Assembly: GCA_964350985.1 (NCBI GenBank)
Contig: CAYGLK010000001.1
Location: 228,528-292,527 of the forward strand
Direction: 5' to 3'
DNA from: an uncultured Candidatus Saccharibacteria bacterium
Lineage (GTDB): Bacteria > Patescibacteriota > Minisyncoccia > Phycocordibacterales > UBA918
DNA: 64,000 bases
Shown: piece by piece, positions 47,347 to 57,679 of the stretch
How positions within the stretch are numbered: the first letter of the stretch is position 1
Layout: each line of letters starts with the position of its first letter
Program-made: the position numbers and the translations under genes
Notes under the pieces: model-generated
Told to the model about the DNA's origin: nothing
Database searches by the model: none
Seen by the model: the letters and a program-made list of their open reading frames with translations, nothing else

Positions 47347-47952
47347 TTATCGACTGTAGTATTCCATCACTTGTTCAGGGTCAAACAAAGTTTCTGCAGG
47401 ATTGTATACAGGGACACCGGTTACAGTAGCTGATAATTTTTTGATATCGAGCGCAAGCCAAGTTGGAACTCCTGCTGCTTCATGTGTATCAGCAAGCTGA
47501 ACAAAGATTCCTGTTTGTTTACTTCCTTCTCGAACTGTGATCACATCACCTACTTTAACTTTGTGAGACGGGATACTTAGTCGCTTTCCATTTACAAAGA
47601 TGTGACCATGAGAAACAACTTGTCGAGCAAAACGTCGAGTTTTAGCTAATCCTAGTCGGTAAATAGTGTTATCTAGTCTTGATTCTAGACGTTCCATTAG
47701 TAGAGAGATTGGTTGGTGACTCTTAGCTAGTGATTCATCAACATATCGTCGCAGTTGCTTTTCGGTAATACCATATGTAAAACGCATCTTCTGCTTTTCG
47801 ATAAGCTGTCGTTTGTAGTCACTTGATTGACCTGGTCGCTTTGGTCGTCGTCCACCACGAGCTTGTGATAGAGCAAACTTTTGCGTTTGTGTTTTTTCGA
47901 AGATTGGAGCACCTAGGCGCTTAGCAATCTTAAATTTAGGACCTATTTTCAT
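47347..47952 (-). CDS. rpsD: 30S ribosomal protein S4
   Basis: SDY..QL.EKQK, LESRLDN..YRLG, ARQ.VSHGH. Confidence 0.97.
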   Translation of the reverse strand: MKIGPKFKIAKRLGAPIFEKTQTQKFALSQARGGRRPKRPGQSSDYKRQLIEKQKMRFTYGITEKQLRRYVDESLAKSHQPISLLMERLESRLDNTIYRLGLAKTRRFARQVVSHGHIFVNGKRLSIPSHKVKVGDVITVREGSKQTGIFVQLADTHEAAGVPTWLALDIKKLSATVTGVPVYNPAETLFDPEQVMEYYSR

Positions 47953-47966
47953 ATAATATAATAAGA

Positions 47967-48398
47967 TTAAACACGCCGAGGCTTAGGTGGTCGTGGGCCA
48001 TTAAATGGAACTGGTGTTTTATCACTAACTCGAGTGATTCCGATTCCCTTTCCTGTGAAAGCACGCAGTGCAGATTCGCGACCAGCGCCAACTCCACGTA
48101 CTACCACTTCAGCATCCTTCATGCCCATTTGCTGAGCTTTATCGCCGATGATCTCACCTACCTTAGCTGCTGCAAAAGGAGTACTTTTTCGTGAACCTTT
48201 AAAACCAAGAGCTCCACTAGAAGCACTAATAATAGCGTTACCTTTGTTATCACAAAGAGTTAACAAAGTGTTGTTGAAAGTAGCTAGGATGTTTAGTCTT
48301 CCTGAAGCATACTTCTTTTTTGGAATACGATTAAGCGCTCTGGATGTACCAGCAACGTCAGAACCTCCTCCTTTTTTTATGATACGTTTCTTACCCAT
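47967..48398 (-). CDS. rpsK: 30S ribosomal protein S11
   Basis: ATFNNT, GFKGSRKSTPFAA, TPVPFNGPRPPKPRRV. Confidence 0.98.
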   Translation of the reverse strand: MGKKRIIKKGGGSDVAGTSRALNRIPKKKYASGRLNILATFNNTLLTLCDNKGNAIISASSGALGFKGSRKSTPFAAAKVGEIIGDKAQQMGMKDAEVVVRGVGAGRESALRAFTGKGIGITRVSDKTPVPFNGPRPPKPRRV

Positions 48399-48429
48399 AT
48401 GTCATTACGTAATTAAATAATAATAAGTT

Positions 48430-48807
48430 TTAAGTCTTTTCTAACTTACGACGTCCACTTCCCATAGTCTTCTTAGCTCCCTTTAGAGTACGAGAGTTAG
48501 TTTTTGTTCGTTGACCACGAGCTGGTAGTCTTTTTGCATGTCGTGAACCGCGGTAAGACTTAATATCCTTTAATCGCTTGACGTTTGAGGCAATTTCTCG
48601 TTTGAGATCTCCTTCAATTGTAAATGATTCAACTTTTTCTCGAATTGAGTTTTCTTGATCAGTAGTAAGAGTGGTTGGCTTAACTGTAGGATCAATTTTT
48701 AGTTCTGCCAAGATTTCTTTAGATCGTGACAGACCTACACCGAAAACAGCAGTAAGGCCGTAAGCGATTTGTTTTTCATCTGGAATTGTTATACCTGAAA
48801 TTCTCAT
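48430..48807 (-). CDS. rpsM: 30S ribosomal protein S13
   Basis: RISG, GDLKRE, YRG.RH...LP.RGQRTKTNSRT. Confidence 0.98.
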   Translation of the reverse strand: MRISGITIPDEKQIAYGLTAVFGVGLSRSKEILAELKIDPTVKPTTLTTDQENSIREKVESFTIEGDLKREIASNVKRLKDIKSYRGSRHAKRLPARGQRTKTNSRTLKGAKKTMGSGRRKLEKT

Positions 48808-48810
48808 ATT

Positions 48811-48927
48811 TTATCCTTGACGTTGTTTATGGCGGGGCTTCTTCTTGTTGATGACAAATACTGTTCCTCTTCTTTTTACAATAATGTCATCAGGGCTCAT
48901 TTTTTTGACTGATGATCTAACTTTCAT
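48811..48927 (-). CDS. rpmJ: 50S ribosomal protein L36, Cys-free form (below the ORF-track cutoff)
   Basis: Hand translation [38 protein letters not shown]; lies between infA and rpsM. Confidence 0.95.
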   Translation of the reverse strand: MKVRSSVKKMSPDDIIVKRRGTVFVINKKKPRHKQRQG

Positions 48928-48936
48928 ACTATGTAC

Positions 48937-49164
48937 TTAGAGTCTCTTGGTAATACGCGCTTTTCCTCCGTATGGATCTAGTACCATACCGACTTTGTCA
49001 CCGACGAGAACTCTAATGCGATATTTCCGCATTTTACCCGCCAAGTAAGCAATAACCACTTTTTTAGAATCGTCAAGAATAACACGAAAAAAAGCATTAG
49101 GTAGAGCTTCCTCTACAATCCCGTAGGCTAAGTCTTCTTTTGTGGGTATTTCTTGTTGATCCAT
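48937..49164 (-). CDS. infA: Translation initiation factor IF-1
   Basis: G.VEEALPNA.FRV, AYLAGKMR...IRVL.GDKV. Confidence 0.96.
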   Translation of the reverse strand: MDQQEIPTKEDLAYGIVEEALPNAFFRVILDDSKKVVIAYLAGKMRKYRIRVLVGDKVGMVLDPYGGKARITKRL

Positions 49165-49227
49165 TAAACGAGGCTGAGTGTAACAAAATTACCTAAACGA
49201 GTCAAGGGTAGTTACTGTTAATTACTA

Positions 49228-50586
49228 TTATTCCTTTTCACCAATTACCTCAATTATGACAATTTCCTCTGGTTCTTCCGGAAATGAGGTTCGCCAGAAT
49301 GGTTTGCTTGATACTCTTGCACTTTTGATACCAGGATGAGCTGTTAGTACAGTACTAATAGAGGTTTTTGACTTACCTGCTAGGTCTTTTTGTAGTTTTT
49401 CTGCATCAAACTCAGATACAATCAAAGGTCGCCCAGTAAGTTTAAACTTTAGTGATGTTAAGTTAGCGATATTTGCTGAGTTAGTACCGATATCAGTGTA
49501 ACTAAAATCAAGGGCCTCAGTGTCTACTATTCTCACTGCTTCACGTCCATAAGTAGAGATGGTTTCTTTTGCAAGGTAAGCGGCAAATTCTTCTTGTTTA
49601 AACAGCGGTAGCTGAAGGACTGCCTGCTCTCGGATAGTTACTAAATTTTCACCATATGAAACAGTTGGTAAGGCAGTGTATGAGATGGCTACCGATTCTT
49701 TGAAGCTTGTGAAGCCGGCTGGTTTTTCACTCTCAATTCTTTCTAGGAGTTTAGTCCTCAGGCTCAGTTGTAGTTCTTGTCTAGCAGTACTAAGCTCAGC
49801 ATCGTTGATTAAGAACTTTTGTCCCTTGTAACCACCAGTCATTGCTTCTTTGTTAGTGGCGTAGATAGAAGTGTAAAGTTCATCTAAGTTACTTTCTTTA
49901 AATCCTGGTACTGAAAAACGAGTGTTGGCAGCTAAGTTATATTCTTGCCCGACAGCGTCAGCAAAGACTTCAGCTCTGATGGTGCCTGGTACAGTTACTC
50001 CAGCGCTATCCTTTAGAGCTCCAGGAACAACAACAGATTCTTGAATTCTGAAAACTATACCATCAGGTGATTCAAAACGAGTATTTTTAATTAGTCTTTC
50101 TGATCCTGGGGTAGTTTTAACTATTTCAATGAATCCTTTAGCTTGTGTCTCAACATATTCTTCTCCAGTAGCAGCTACTTGACGCTCAGCCACTTCATCA
50201 ATAGTGATGATTTCGTAGCTTAGAGACGAATCTCTCCTGTCTGGATAGGCGGTAAATTCTGCATTGACTACCGGTTCACGATATTCTGGAAAAACTGTTA
50301 ATGTTGTCTTTGATAATACGGCACTCATAAAGAGCACCAAAACAATCAATAGTGTGACAACAGAGGTTAAAATCAAGTATTTCTTCTTATTTGATTTGTT
50401 ACCGTCTCTGACTTCTATATTCTCTACCTCATCATCACTACTTTCAGTATTAACGTCTCGTTCTCCCTCCGCTTCTTCAGAGTATTGTTGTGGCCTTTTT
50501 AAGTTTAATGGACGCTCAGAAGAGGTTCTTTTTTTTGATTCAACTGGACGAATGTCCTGCAAGTTCCATTTTTGTGTCATAAGCAA
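49228..50586 (-). CDS. Membrane-anchored protein with baseplate-J-like domain (CPR-type)
   Basis: DIRP N-terminus, one TM, ATG...A.G.I, TRF...G..FR, V.VPG, AD..G.EYN, GG. Confidence 0.65.
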   Translation of the reverse strand: MLMTQKWNLQDIRPVESKKRTSSERPLNLKRPQQYSEEAEGERDVNTESSDDEVENIEVRDGNKSNKKKYLILTSVVTLLIVLVLFMSAVLSKTTLTVFPEYREPVVNAEFTAYPDRRDSSLSYEIITIDEVAERQVAATGEEYVETQAKGFIEIVKTTPGSERLIKNTRFESPDGIVFRIQESVVVPGALKDSAGVTVPGTIRAEVFADAVGQEYNLAANTRFSVPGFKESNLDELYTSIYATNKEAMTGGYKGQKFLINDAELSTARQELQLSLRTKLLERIESEKPAGFTSFKESVAISYTALPTVSYGENLVTIREQAVLQLPLFKQEEFAAYLAKETISTYGREAVRIVDTEALDFSYTDIGTNSANIANLTSLKFKLTGRPLIVSEFDAEKLQKDLAGKSKTSISTVLTAHPGIKSARVSSKPFWRTSFPEEPEEIVIIEVIGEKE

Positions 50587-50607
50587 TTGTTTATACAGTA
50601 TAGCTTT

Positions 50608-51837
50608 TTATAAATGATCAAACCGTTCATGCAGGTCCTTCGTGTGGAAAAACTGTGCTGTTATTAATAAAGCAGTGTCCTGGTCTTTTAGGGCTATGTT
50701 TGTATCTTTATCAGCAAAGTTTTTTGTAAGTAGTTCACTGGTTATATTATAAGCGGCGTGGTCTAGGCGCGTAGCTACTTTAGCTGCCCTCTTAACTTGT
50801 ATATTAAAGAATGGTTCGCTTGCTAGGTTTCCATGAATGTAAATCTTTTTTGGTATAGCAAGACTGTCGCCAGTTTCATGAAAAAGTTCGGTCAATTTCT
50901 TTTGATATTTTTCGAGTAAAGCTTCTACTGACTTAATTTGAGTCTCAGTAGCTGATTGCATGAAAGAGAAGATGTCTTCATTTCCAAGATAGCCAAAAGC
51001 TTCGTCTGAAGTAATAGATAAAATATCAGCCATTTCTCTAGCTAAGGTGTATGAACCATACGGGACATGAGTACAGTAGTTTAAGACTCCATTTCTAACA
51101 ATACCGATCTCAGTGCTTTCATAAGTTATATCAACTAAACAGTATTCAGAACTAGTTTCGTTGAGACTATTGATAACATGAAAATACGGCAACATAAATG
51201 AATGTTGAGCCATAGTTGTTTTGGGTAAAATTTTGCCTTTAATTTCAACTATTGCTTCGGTCAGATTCTTTTGAACTACCGAACTAGCCTCTACGATTTT
51301 GAGAACTTTCGCTTTTTGTTTGCCAGTAACGTTAATTATATAATCGTTTGCAGTGATTTGTAGAGTTTTTTTAGCGATAACTGCTAAACCATAATCACTA
51401 ATTTTTTCTTTTTCTTCTAATTCTTCTTGTGCTTTCTTATGAGCCGTTCTTAGTAATTCTTGCACTAGTTCTATTGATACTTCGAAATCGTCTTTGTTTT
51501 CATAAACTATTGTCTTGGTGGTGGTATATGACCAAGGAGCAGCAATTGTTACCTGTAAAAATTCGATGTCATTAGTTTTATGAGTTTCATATAACTTTTG
51601 TCTTCCTTGTGAATCAAGTAGCATCATAACGCCCATCAATGAAGTCAAGATTCCTTTAGTGTTGTTTGGAGAAGCGGTGTCTTTTTTGATCGGAGTATAT
51701 TCACGTTTTGACCAGATTATTTCGGGAGCTTTTTTGCTTGGATCAGAAGCTACAATTGCCGCCAAAACACTACCTGAACCAATATCAAGTAATGCTCCAT
51801 ACCGGACATCTTTTTTTTGAGATACAAAAAAACCCAT
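50608..51837 (-). CDS. Divergent FtsA/PilM-like actin-fold protein
   Basis: LDIGSGSV, LVDITYESTEI, PYGS..L.R..A..L....EA. Confidence 0.6.
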   Translation of the reverse strand: MGFFVSQKKDVRYGALLDIGSGSVLAAIVASDPSKKAPEIIWSKREYTPIKKDTASPNNTKGILTSLMGVMMLLDSQGRQKLYETHKTNDIEFLQVTIAAPWSYTTTKTIVYENKDDFEVSIELVQELLRTAHKKAQEELEEKEKISDYGLAVIAKKTLQITANDYIINVTGKQKAKVLKIVEASSVVQKNLTEAIVEIKGKILPKTTMAQHSFMLPYFHVINSLNETSSEYCLVDITYESTEIGIVRNGVLNYCTHVPYGSYTLAREMADILSITSDEAFGYLGNEDIFSFMQSATETQIKSVEALLEKYQKKLTELFHETGDSLAIPKKIYIHGNLASEPFFNIQVKRAAKVATRLDHAAYNITSELLTKNFADKDTNIALKDQDTALLITAQFFHTKDLHERFDHL

Positions 51838-51899
51838 GTCTTTTAATTATACAGGGTTTTACTGTGGATATTAGTTTTATTTATTTTTGTCGTGGATAG

Positions 51900-53852
51900 T
51901 TATTCTAAAATCGCTTTAATTCGACGAACTCCCGCAGAAGAAGATTCTTCTTTTGTAATTCTAAATTTCTTTTTGATATCTTCTAGTTTTTCTACATGTG
52001 GGCCACCACAAAGCTCTCTTGAAAAGACAGTCCCATTATTGCCAGTCATAGTATAAACTTTCACCTCGTCTGGGTATCTGTCCCAGAAACTAGCTTCAAT
52101 ACTCTTGTCTTCCTGAGCTACTGACTTTGGCATCATTTCAACTGTTACTTTTCCACCGATACTTAAAGCACTATTTACAAAGGTCTCTACCTTATCTAGT
52201 GCTTCTCTTTCAATCTTTTCTCCGTGAGTGAAGTCAAAACGTAGTCGTTCAGCAGTGATGTTTGAACCGGCTTGGTGAATATCCTTACTCACTTCTTGCT
52301 GCAGTCCAGCTAACATTAGGTGTGTAGCTGTGTGAAGTTGAATTACTTGCTCAGAAGTGTCTGCTAAGCCTCCTTTAAACTTTTGTTCTGCTCCAGCTCG
52401 AGATTTTGCCTTATGTTCTTCCATGAGCTGATCAAAACCGCTCCTGGCTACTTCAATTCCCTGTTCCGCAGCTATTTCTTCAGTTAGTTCAATTGGAAAA
52501 CCATAAGTGGTGTAAAGATCAAAAGCTTTTTCAGCGCTAATTACCTTTTTCCCTACTGGTGGGATTGATTTATCAATTACCTTATTGCCCTCAACTTCTT
52601 TAGTCTTAACGTGAATTTGAAGTGAGATTTTATTAAATTGTTTTAGTCCACTTTCTAGTGTCTTTCTGAATTGCTCTTCTTCTTTGGCAATAGTTTCAGT
52701 TATATAGCTCTCTTTTTCCTTTAAATTAGGATAGTGAGCACTATATGTTTCGATAACGCTTTTAGCTAGTTCTGAAAATTGTCCAGGTGGAATGTTTAGT
52801 TTGTCAGCGTAGCGAACTGCCCTTCTGAGTAATCGACGGACAAAGTAATCTTGGTCTGTACTTCCAGGATTCACACCGTCACCAATCATAAACACAGCAC
52901 CACGGATGTGATCTGCAATAATACGAAAAGCTAAAAGCTCGTCATCATATTTTTTATTTGAGAGTCTTTCTATTTGTTTAATAGTCTCAGTAAAAAAATC
53001 AGTTAAAAAGACGTCAGAAAAACCCTTAGTGCTATGCAGGGCAGCAGCCGCCATTCGTTCTAATCCACCACCAAAATCAATATTTTTTTGTTTAAGTTCT
53101 GTAAATTCACGTTCTCCAGTTTTTACATATTGCATGAAGACATTATTTCCAATCTCCATAAAACGACCACAGTCACAGTTTGGATGGCAGTTCTTGCCAT
53201 ATTTAGTATTGTGCGGAGTACCAAAATCATAAAACATCTCTGAATCAGGACCGCCTGGCTCGCCAATAGGCATTTTGGCTGGTGTTCCTGCTCTACTCCA
53301 CCAATTCTTTTTGGATTCGTAGTAAAAAATACGCTCACCAGGATTGATGCCTCGTTCATAGCCTGCTGCTTCACTGCCAATCTCAGCTATCTTTGCCTCT
53401 ATATCTATTTTATTAAATAATTTTTGCCAGATTTGAGGAGCTTCTTCATCCTTCGGTAAATTATTTTCCTTGTCACCGCCGAAGACACTAATATAAAGCC
53501 TCTCAGGATCAATACCAATTTCGCTTGTTAAAAAAGTAAACATCCAAGTAATTTGCTCTTCTTTAAAATAATCACCAAAGGACCAGTTGCCTAACATTTC
53601 AAAAAAAGTTGTATGGCGGTTATCTCCAACTTCTTCTATGTCTTCAGCCCGGAAACAACGTTGACTGTCAGCAACCCGTGTTCCTTTTGGATGTTTTTCT
53701 CCAAGTAGATAAGGAACCATTGGCTGCATGCCACTGCCGGTAAAAAGTGTTGTTGGATCATTCTCGGGCACAAGAGCAGAGCTAGGGATGATGGCGTGTC
53801 CCTTTTGTTCCATAAACTCTAAGTATTTTTTCCGGACTTCGTTGCCGTTCAT
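51900..53852 (-). CDS. alaS: Alanine--tRNA ligase (short form, no C-Ala domain)
   Basis: DPTTLFT.SGM, RHTTFFEMLGNWSFGDYFK, GLER, LYTTYGFP, HTATHL, ELCGGPHV, GVRRIKA. Confidence 0.97.
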   Translation of the reverse strand: MNGNEVRKKYLEFMEQKGHAIIPSSALVPENDPTTLFTGSGMQPMVPYLLGEKHPKGTRVADSQRCFRAEDIEEVGDNRHTTFFEMLGNWSFGDYFKEEQITWMFTFLTSEIGIDPERLYISVFGGDKENNLPKDEEAPQIWQKLFNKIDIEAKIAEIGSEAAGYERGINPGERIFYYESKKNWWSRAGTPAKMPIGEPGGPDSEMFYDFGTPHNTKYGKNCHPNCDCGRFMEIGNNVFMQYVKTGEREFTELKQKNIDFGGGLERMAAAALHSTKGFSDVFLTDFFTETIKQIERLSNKKYDDELLAFRIIADHIRGAVFMIGDGVNPGSTDQDYFVRRLLRRAVRYADKLNIPPGQFSELAKSVIETYSAHYPNLKEKESYITETIAKEEEQFRKTLESGLKQFNKISLQIHVKTKEVEGNKVIDKSIPPVGKKVISAEKAFDLYTTYGFPIELTEEIAAEQGIEVARSGFDQLMEEHKAKSRAGAEQKFKGGLADTSEQVIQLHTATHLMLAGLQQEVSKDIHQAGSNITAERLRFDFTHGEKIEREALDKVETFVNSALSIGGKVTVEMMPKSVAQEDKSIEASFWDRYPDEVKVYTMTGNNGTVFSRELCGGPHVEKLEDIKKKFRITKEESSSAGVRRIKAILE

Positions 53853-53883
53853 ATTTGTCTAGACACTATAGCAAAAAATAGGA

Positions 53884-54162
53884 TTATTGCGAAAGAAGGC
53901 TTCCAATCCCTAACGCAGCACATTCAGCACCACTGCAGTGAAAAAAGGCGGTTGGTGAGTAGAAATACACCTCCAAGATATAGCCAATAGCAATCAAAAT
54001 CAAACCGATAAAGGTTAGGATCCTTTCTTGTCTGTAAGATAAAATAACCTTTTTATCAATGCGATGCTCTTTTATAAGAGAATGGTGCATATGAAGCACG
54101 GCCAAGATGACCAAAATTTTTCCTAATGCTCCTAAAGTAATTCCCCAAAATAATAAATTCAT
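53884..54162 (-). CDS. Small 2-TM membrane protein
   Basis: Two hydrophobic helices; TGCTATAAT 11 nt upstream. Confidence 0.7.
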   Translation of the reverse strand: MNLLFWGITLGALGKILVILAVLHMHHSLIKEHRIDKKVILSYRQERILTFIGLILIAIGYILEVYFYSPTAFFHCSGAECAALGIGSLLSQ

Positions 54163-54193
54163 AATTTCCGATTATTATAGCAGATGTTCTAGG

Positions 54194-55477
54194 CTATTTT
54201 TTAAAGGCTAACAATTCTTTTTTTACTTTCTCGATTGGACCAGCTGCGCTAATCAGTATTTTATCTGATCTTAAATATTTCTTTAAAGCTAGGTTTATTT
54301 CTTTCATAGAGCAATTTAGCAGTTTCTGATAAAAAACCAGATACTCATCCCAGGTTACATTTGTGGAAATTTGACCATGAACTAGAGCGGTTGCTTTACT
54401 GAGCGAGTCAAACACTAAAGTATTACTTGTTTTAATAATCTCCTGAAAGCGTGTAAATTCTGATTTGGTGATCCCCTTTTGACTGATTAGGTCTATTTCT
54501 CTTAAGGTTGAAGCGAGGCCTTGTTTAACATCTTTTGGTGAGAAGAAAGTCATAATGCGCCAATATCCTGTATCAGATGAAGAAACTTTTTCTGTTTTAG
54601 CATAGATACCGTAAGTCAGGCCTTCTTTTTCTCTCACAATACTCATTAATCTGCCTGAAAAGCCGCTCCATTTTCCCAAGACAGCCAAGCCAAAAATAAA
54701 AGCTGGTAGTTCTGGGTCGTTAAGCGTCAAAGGCAGTTGTCCGCCAATAGCTATTTCAATATTTTGTTTACTTTTTACTTCTGTCAAAACAACTTCTCTT
54801 TTGGATAGAGATTTTGTTTTAATACCTTTAGGTGAGATTAAAGAGATTGAGTTAATTGGCTTAATCTCTGAAACTTTTTTAAGAAGGTTGGAAACAGTTT
54901 TTTTGTTACCGCTCACTGTTATAGACCAATGGTTTTCTAGAAGTAGTTGATTGTAGTTTTTTAACTGAGCAGTAGATATTAAGTTAGTTTGCTTGATTAA
55001 TTCCTCGGGTAAAAAGCTGTACTGATGATCTGAAGATTGGTAAAAAGAATTTTTTAGTTTTACGTCAGCAAGTAAGCGTGAATTTTCTTTTACTAGTTCT
55101 AATCTATTAGTTAAAGAATTTTTCGCTCGCTTTATTTCTTTGCTTGAAAAAGTGCTGTTTATGAGAATGTCACTTAATATACTTAGCAGTTTATTTTGGT
55201 TTGCCTCTAGACTAGTTGCTGTTAACTTTATTTTTCCGTCCTCTAGACTAACATCAATGTTTGCCCCTATTCTTTTAAGATTATATTGAATATTTTCTCT
55301 TGTTTGGCTTTTTGTGCCAGAGAGTATGAGATCTTTATAAAGTAGACCAAGAGCCGCAGTGCTGGCTGAGTGATGGTTTAGGTAACTAAAACTGAGAAAA
55401 ACTATAGCTGTCCTGGAATCATCTTTGGTGATACTAGAGGTTGATATTTCTAAACTGATGTTTGTTTTGATATTCAT
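54194..55477 (-). CDS. M16 peptidase, non-catalytic subunit
   Basis: No HxxEH; RLM..VREKEGLTYG substrate-binding motif. Confidence 0.85.
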   Translation of the reverse strand: MNIKTNISLEISTSSITKDDSRTAIVFLSFSYLNHHSASTAALGLLYKDLILSGTKSQTRENIQYNLKRIGANIDVSLEDGKIKLTATSLEANQNKLLSILSDILINSTFSSKEIKRAKNSLTNRLELVKENSRLLADVKLKNSFYQSSDHQYSFLPEELIKQTNLISTAQLKNYNQLLLENHWSITVSGNKKTVSNLLKKVSEIKPINSISLISPKGIKTKSLSKREVVLTEVKSKQNIEIAIGGQLPLTLNDPELPAFIFGLAVLGKWSGFSGRLMSIVREKEGLTYGIYAKTEKVSSSDTGYWRIMTFFSPKDVKQGLASTLREIDLISQKGITKSEFTRFQEIIKTSNTLVFDSLSKATALVHGQISTNVTWDEYLVFYQKLLNCSMKEINLALKKYLRSDKILISAAGPIEKVKKELLAFKK

Positions 55478-55478
55478 A

Positions 55479-56783
55479 CTAAAAGCTTTTATAAAACCCA
55501 ATTGTCATATTGTCCTCTCTAAACAACACATCGATTCTATCTTTTATCTGTTTAACTGAAATGTTTTTCATAGTTTTCTCAGTTCTCGAATAAGCCGTCC
55601 AGTCACCTGCTGCTACAAACTCAGTTAGCTCAGCGGCAATATTTAGACTACTGTCTCGATTAAATATTTCGTCGGTCAATGATTTAGTTACAAGTGTAGG
55701 TAGGTTTCTTTTAATATATCTTTCTTGTGTCTGGCTGACAATTTTTCTAACTAGAGCTTCCATTTTTTCATGAGTAATTTTTTTAGTGAGAGTGATATAG
55801 ATAACAGCAAGATTTGTGTCTCTTGTTGGTTCTTGGCTAACGACAACACTTGTTGCTAGCCCCTTATCAACTAATTCACGATGCAGAATATTGTCCTCTC
55901 CATCTGCCAGTAGCTCTAGACTAAGTGCAGTTTCGTACCAGCCGGCAGACGGTAGACCAGGGTGTTTTAAGCCTATAGCGACGATCTGAGTTGTTCCTGG
56001 ACGCTTTACTTCAACACGTCTAATCCCTTCTTGTTTTGGTTCAATTATTACTGGCTTTGGAATATGTGAGGTGACTTTTAGATGACTAAAGTTTTTAGCT
56101 ATTTCATCCAACGCTTCTTTTTCTTCAATGTCACCGATAATCATCAAAGTAGCATTATTTGGAGCATAGAATTTTTCATAGAAACTTCTCAGTTTTTCTA
56201 CGGTATAAGCCTCAATATCCTCTCTAAAACCAATAGTTTCATGTCCATAAGGATGACTTAAGAAAGCACATGAACACATAGTAACCGAAAGAGCGAATTT
56301 TGGATCGCCATTGTACATATCAAACTCACTCAAAACATTAGTTCGTTCAGGTTGGAATTCTTTATCTGAAAGTACTACGTCTCGCATTCTTTCAGCTTCT
56401 ATTTTAAGAGCTCTAGAAAAATGACTTTTCTCATAAGAAAAATAGTATGTGGTTCGGTCTAGCCAGGTATTTGCATTTAATACAACTCCAACCTCCCTTT
56501 CAAACTGCATAGCTGCAGAGTCAGATTTGTTCTTTAAGTCAAAACTGGTCGGTTTAAACAGCATATGCTCAAGCATGTGTGCTACTCCGGTTTCGCCCGC
56601 TTGTTCATCTCGAGCACCTGCTAAATAAGTAATATTAGTTGTAACTACTTTGGTATCAGGGATGTATTTGTATAAAACTCTCAAGCCATTTGTTTTTAAA
56701 ACAAATTCTGAAATATCGTTTACTTTTTGGATTAGTTTAAAATTTTTAGAGACGGTACTTCTCGTCTTCGCTTTTTTTGACAT
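55479..56783 (-). CDS. M16 (pitrilysin family) zinc peptidase, catalytic subunit
   Basis: G.RDE..GETGVAHMLEHMLFK, NA.T..DRT.Y, HPY....IG, YAPNNA. Confidence 0.92.
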   Translation of the reverse strand: MSKKAKTRSTVSKNFKLIQKVNDISEFVLKTNGLRVLYKYIPDTKVVTTNITYLAGARDEQAGETGVAHMLEHMLFKPTSFDLKNKSDSAAMQFEREVGVVLNANTWLDRTTYYFSYEKSHFSRALKIEAERMRDVVLSDKEFQPERTNVLSEFDMYNGDPKFALSVTMCSCAFLSHPYGHETIGFREDIEAYTVEKLRSFYEKFYAPNNATLMIIGDIEEKEALDEIAKNFSHLKVTSHIPKPVIIEPKQEGIRRVEVKRPGTTQIVAIGLKHPGLPSAGWYETALSLELLADGEDNILHRELVDKGLATSVVVSQEPTRDTNLAVIYITLTKKITHEKMEALVRKIVSQTQERYIKRNLPTLVTKSLTDEIFNRDSSLNIAAELTEFVAAGDWTAYSRTEKTMKNISVKQIKDRIDVLFREDNMTIGFYKSF

Positions 56784-57348
56784 TATGTAAAAAGTTTTTG
56801 TATTCTTCAAATACGTGATTAAACTCAGCTAGGATATTTCCAGAGAGTCGGTTGTTAATGACATTTGCTACTAGCTGGTAAGACTCTAACCTTTCATCAA
56901 AGTTTTTTCCAAAATCTTGTATAAATCTTTCAGAGGCATCAGTATAATCTTCAATAGACGTTCTAAAATTATGCATTTTGTCAGCAGCAGCAACTAGAAC
57001 AGCCTCTTTTGGACCTTTCTTTAGTTGTTCAACATATTTTCGCTTTCTGTCCTTAAAGGAAAGCCTGTCTTCTACTTCCCCTCTTGGTTCAGTCACCGCT
57101 TCTACAATGTCGCGAACTTTACCACCAAAATCTTCTTGTAGCTCATCAACGGTGTAGTCTGTGTCTTCAAGTGTGTCGTGAAGTAGGGCTGCAATTATCA
57201 CGTCCTCATCTTTGGTGTAATCAAGTAAGGTAAAAGCGGTAGCCATTAAGTGGGTCACATATGGAAATGGCATTGAACCTTTTCGTAATTGATCTTTGTG
57301 CAGCACAGCAGCAGCTCTGATGGCTTGTTCAATACGATAGGAGTACAT
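56746..57348 (-). CDS. HD-domain small alarmone hydrolase-like protein (Mesh1/SpoT hydrolase domain)
   Basis: H..Q.RK....PY.TH, AALLHDTLEDT, FG..V..IV..VTE, ADKMHN. Confidence 0.88.
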   Translation of the reverse strand: MYSYRIEQAIRAAAVLHKDQLRKGSMPFPYVTHLMATAFTLLDYTKDEDVIIAALLHDTLEDTDYTVDELQEDFGGKVRDIVEAVTEPRGEVEDRLSFKDRKRKYVEQLKKGPKEAVLVAAADKMHNFRTSIEDYTDASERFIQDFGKNFDERLESYQLVANVINNRLSGNILAEFNHVFEEYKNFLHNVKKSEDEKYRL

Positions 57349-57391
57349 ATGGCAATAGTGTATCACCTCATAGCAAGCCTGGAAACAAGTT

Positions 57392-57679
57392 TTAGACTTT
57401 TTGCTTCCAGCCCTCTTCTTTTAATTTTTTGTACTTCTCGCCTGCCCCGCCGCGATTATAGCCACCAAGGGATCCGTCACTTTTAATAACTCGATGGCAA
57501 GGAATGTTTAAATCGAAGTTTTTAGCCATTATTTGTGCTACTGCTCGAGCTGCTAAGGGATTTTTGGCTTTTTGAGCTACTTCCTTATAACTAAGTGTTT
57601 TTCCTTTAGGAATAGCTTTCACAATCTTTTCCACAGCAATTCTAAAAGTGCTTTTGTCAGGGTTATTTTTTGTTGGCAT
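57392..57679 (-). CDS. MGMT-family (methylated-DNA-protein-cysteine methyltransferase) single-domain protein
   Basis: IP.G.T.SY.EVA, ARAV, IPCHRV, GGY. Confidence 0.9.
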   Translation of the reverse strand: MPTKNNPDKSTFRIAVEKIVKAIPKGKTLSYKEVAQKAKNPLAARAVAQIMAKNFDLNIPCHRVIKSDGSLGGYNRGGAGEKYKKLKEEGWKQKV

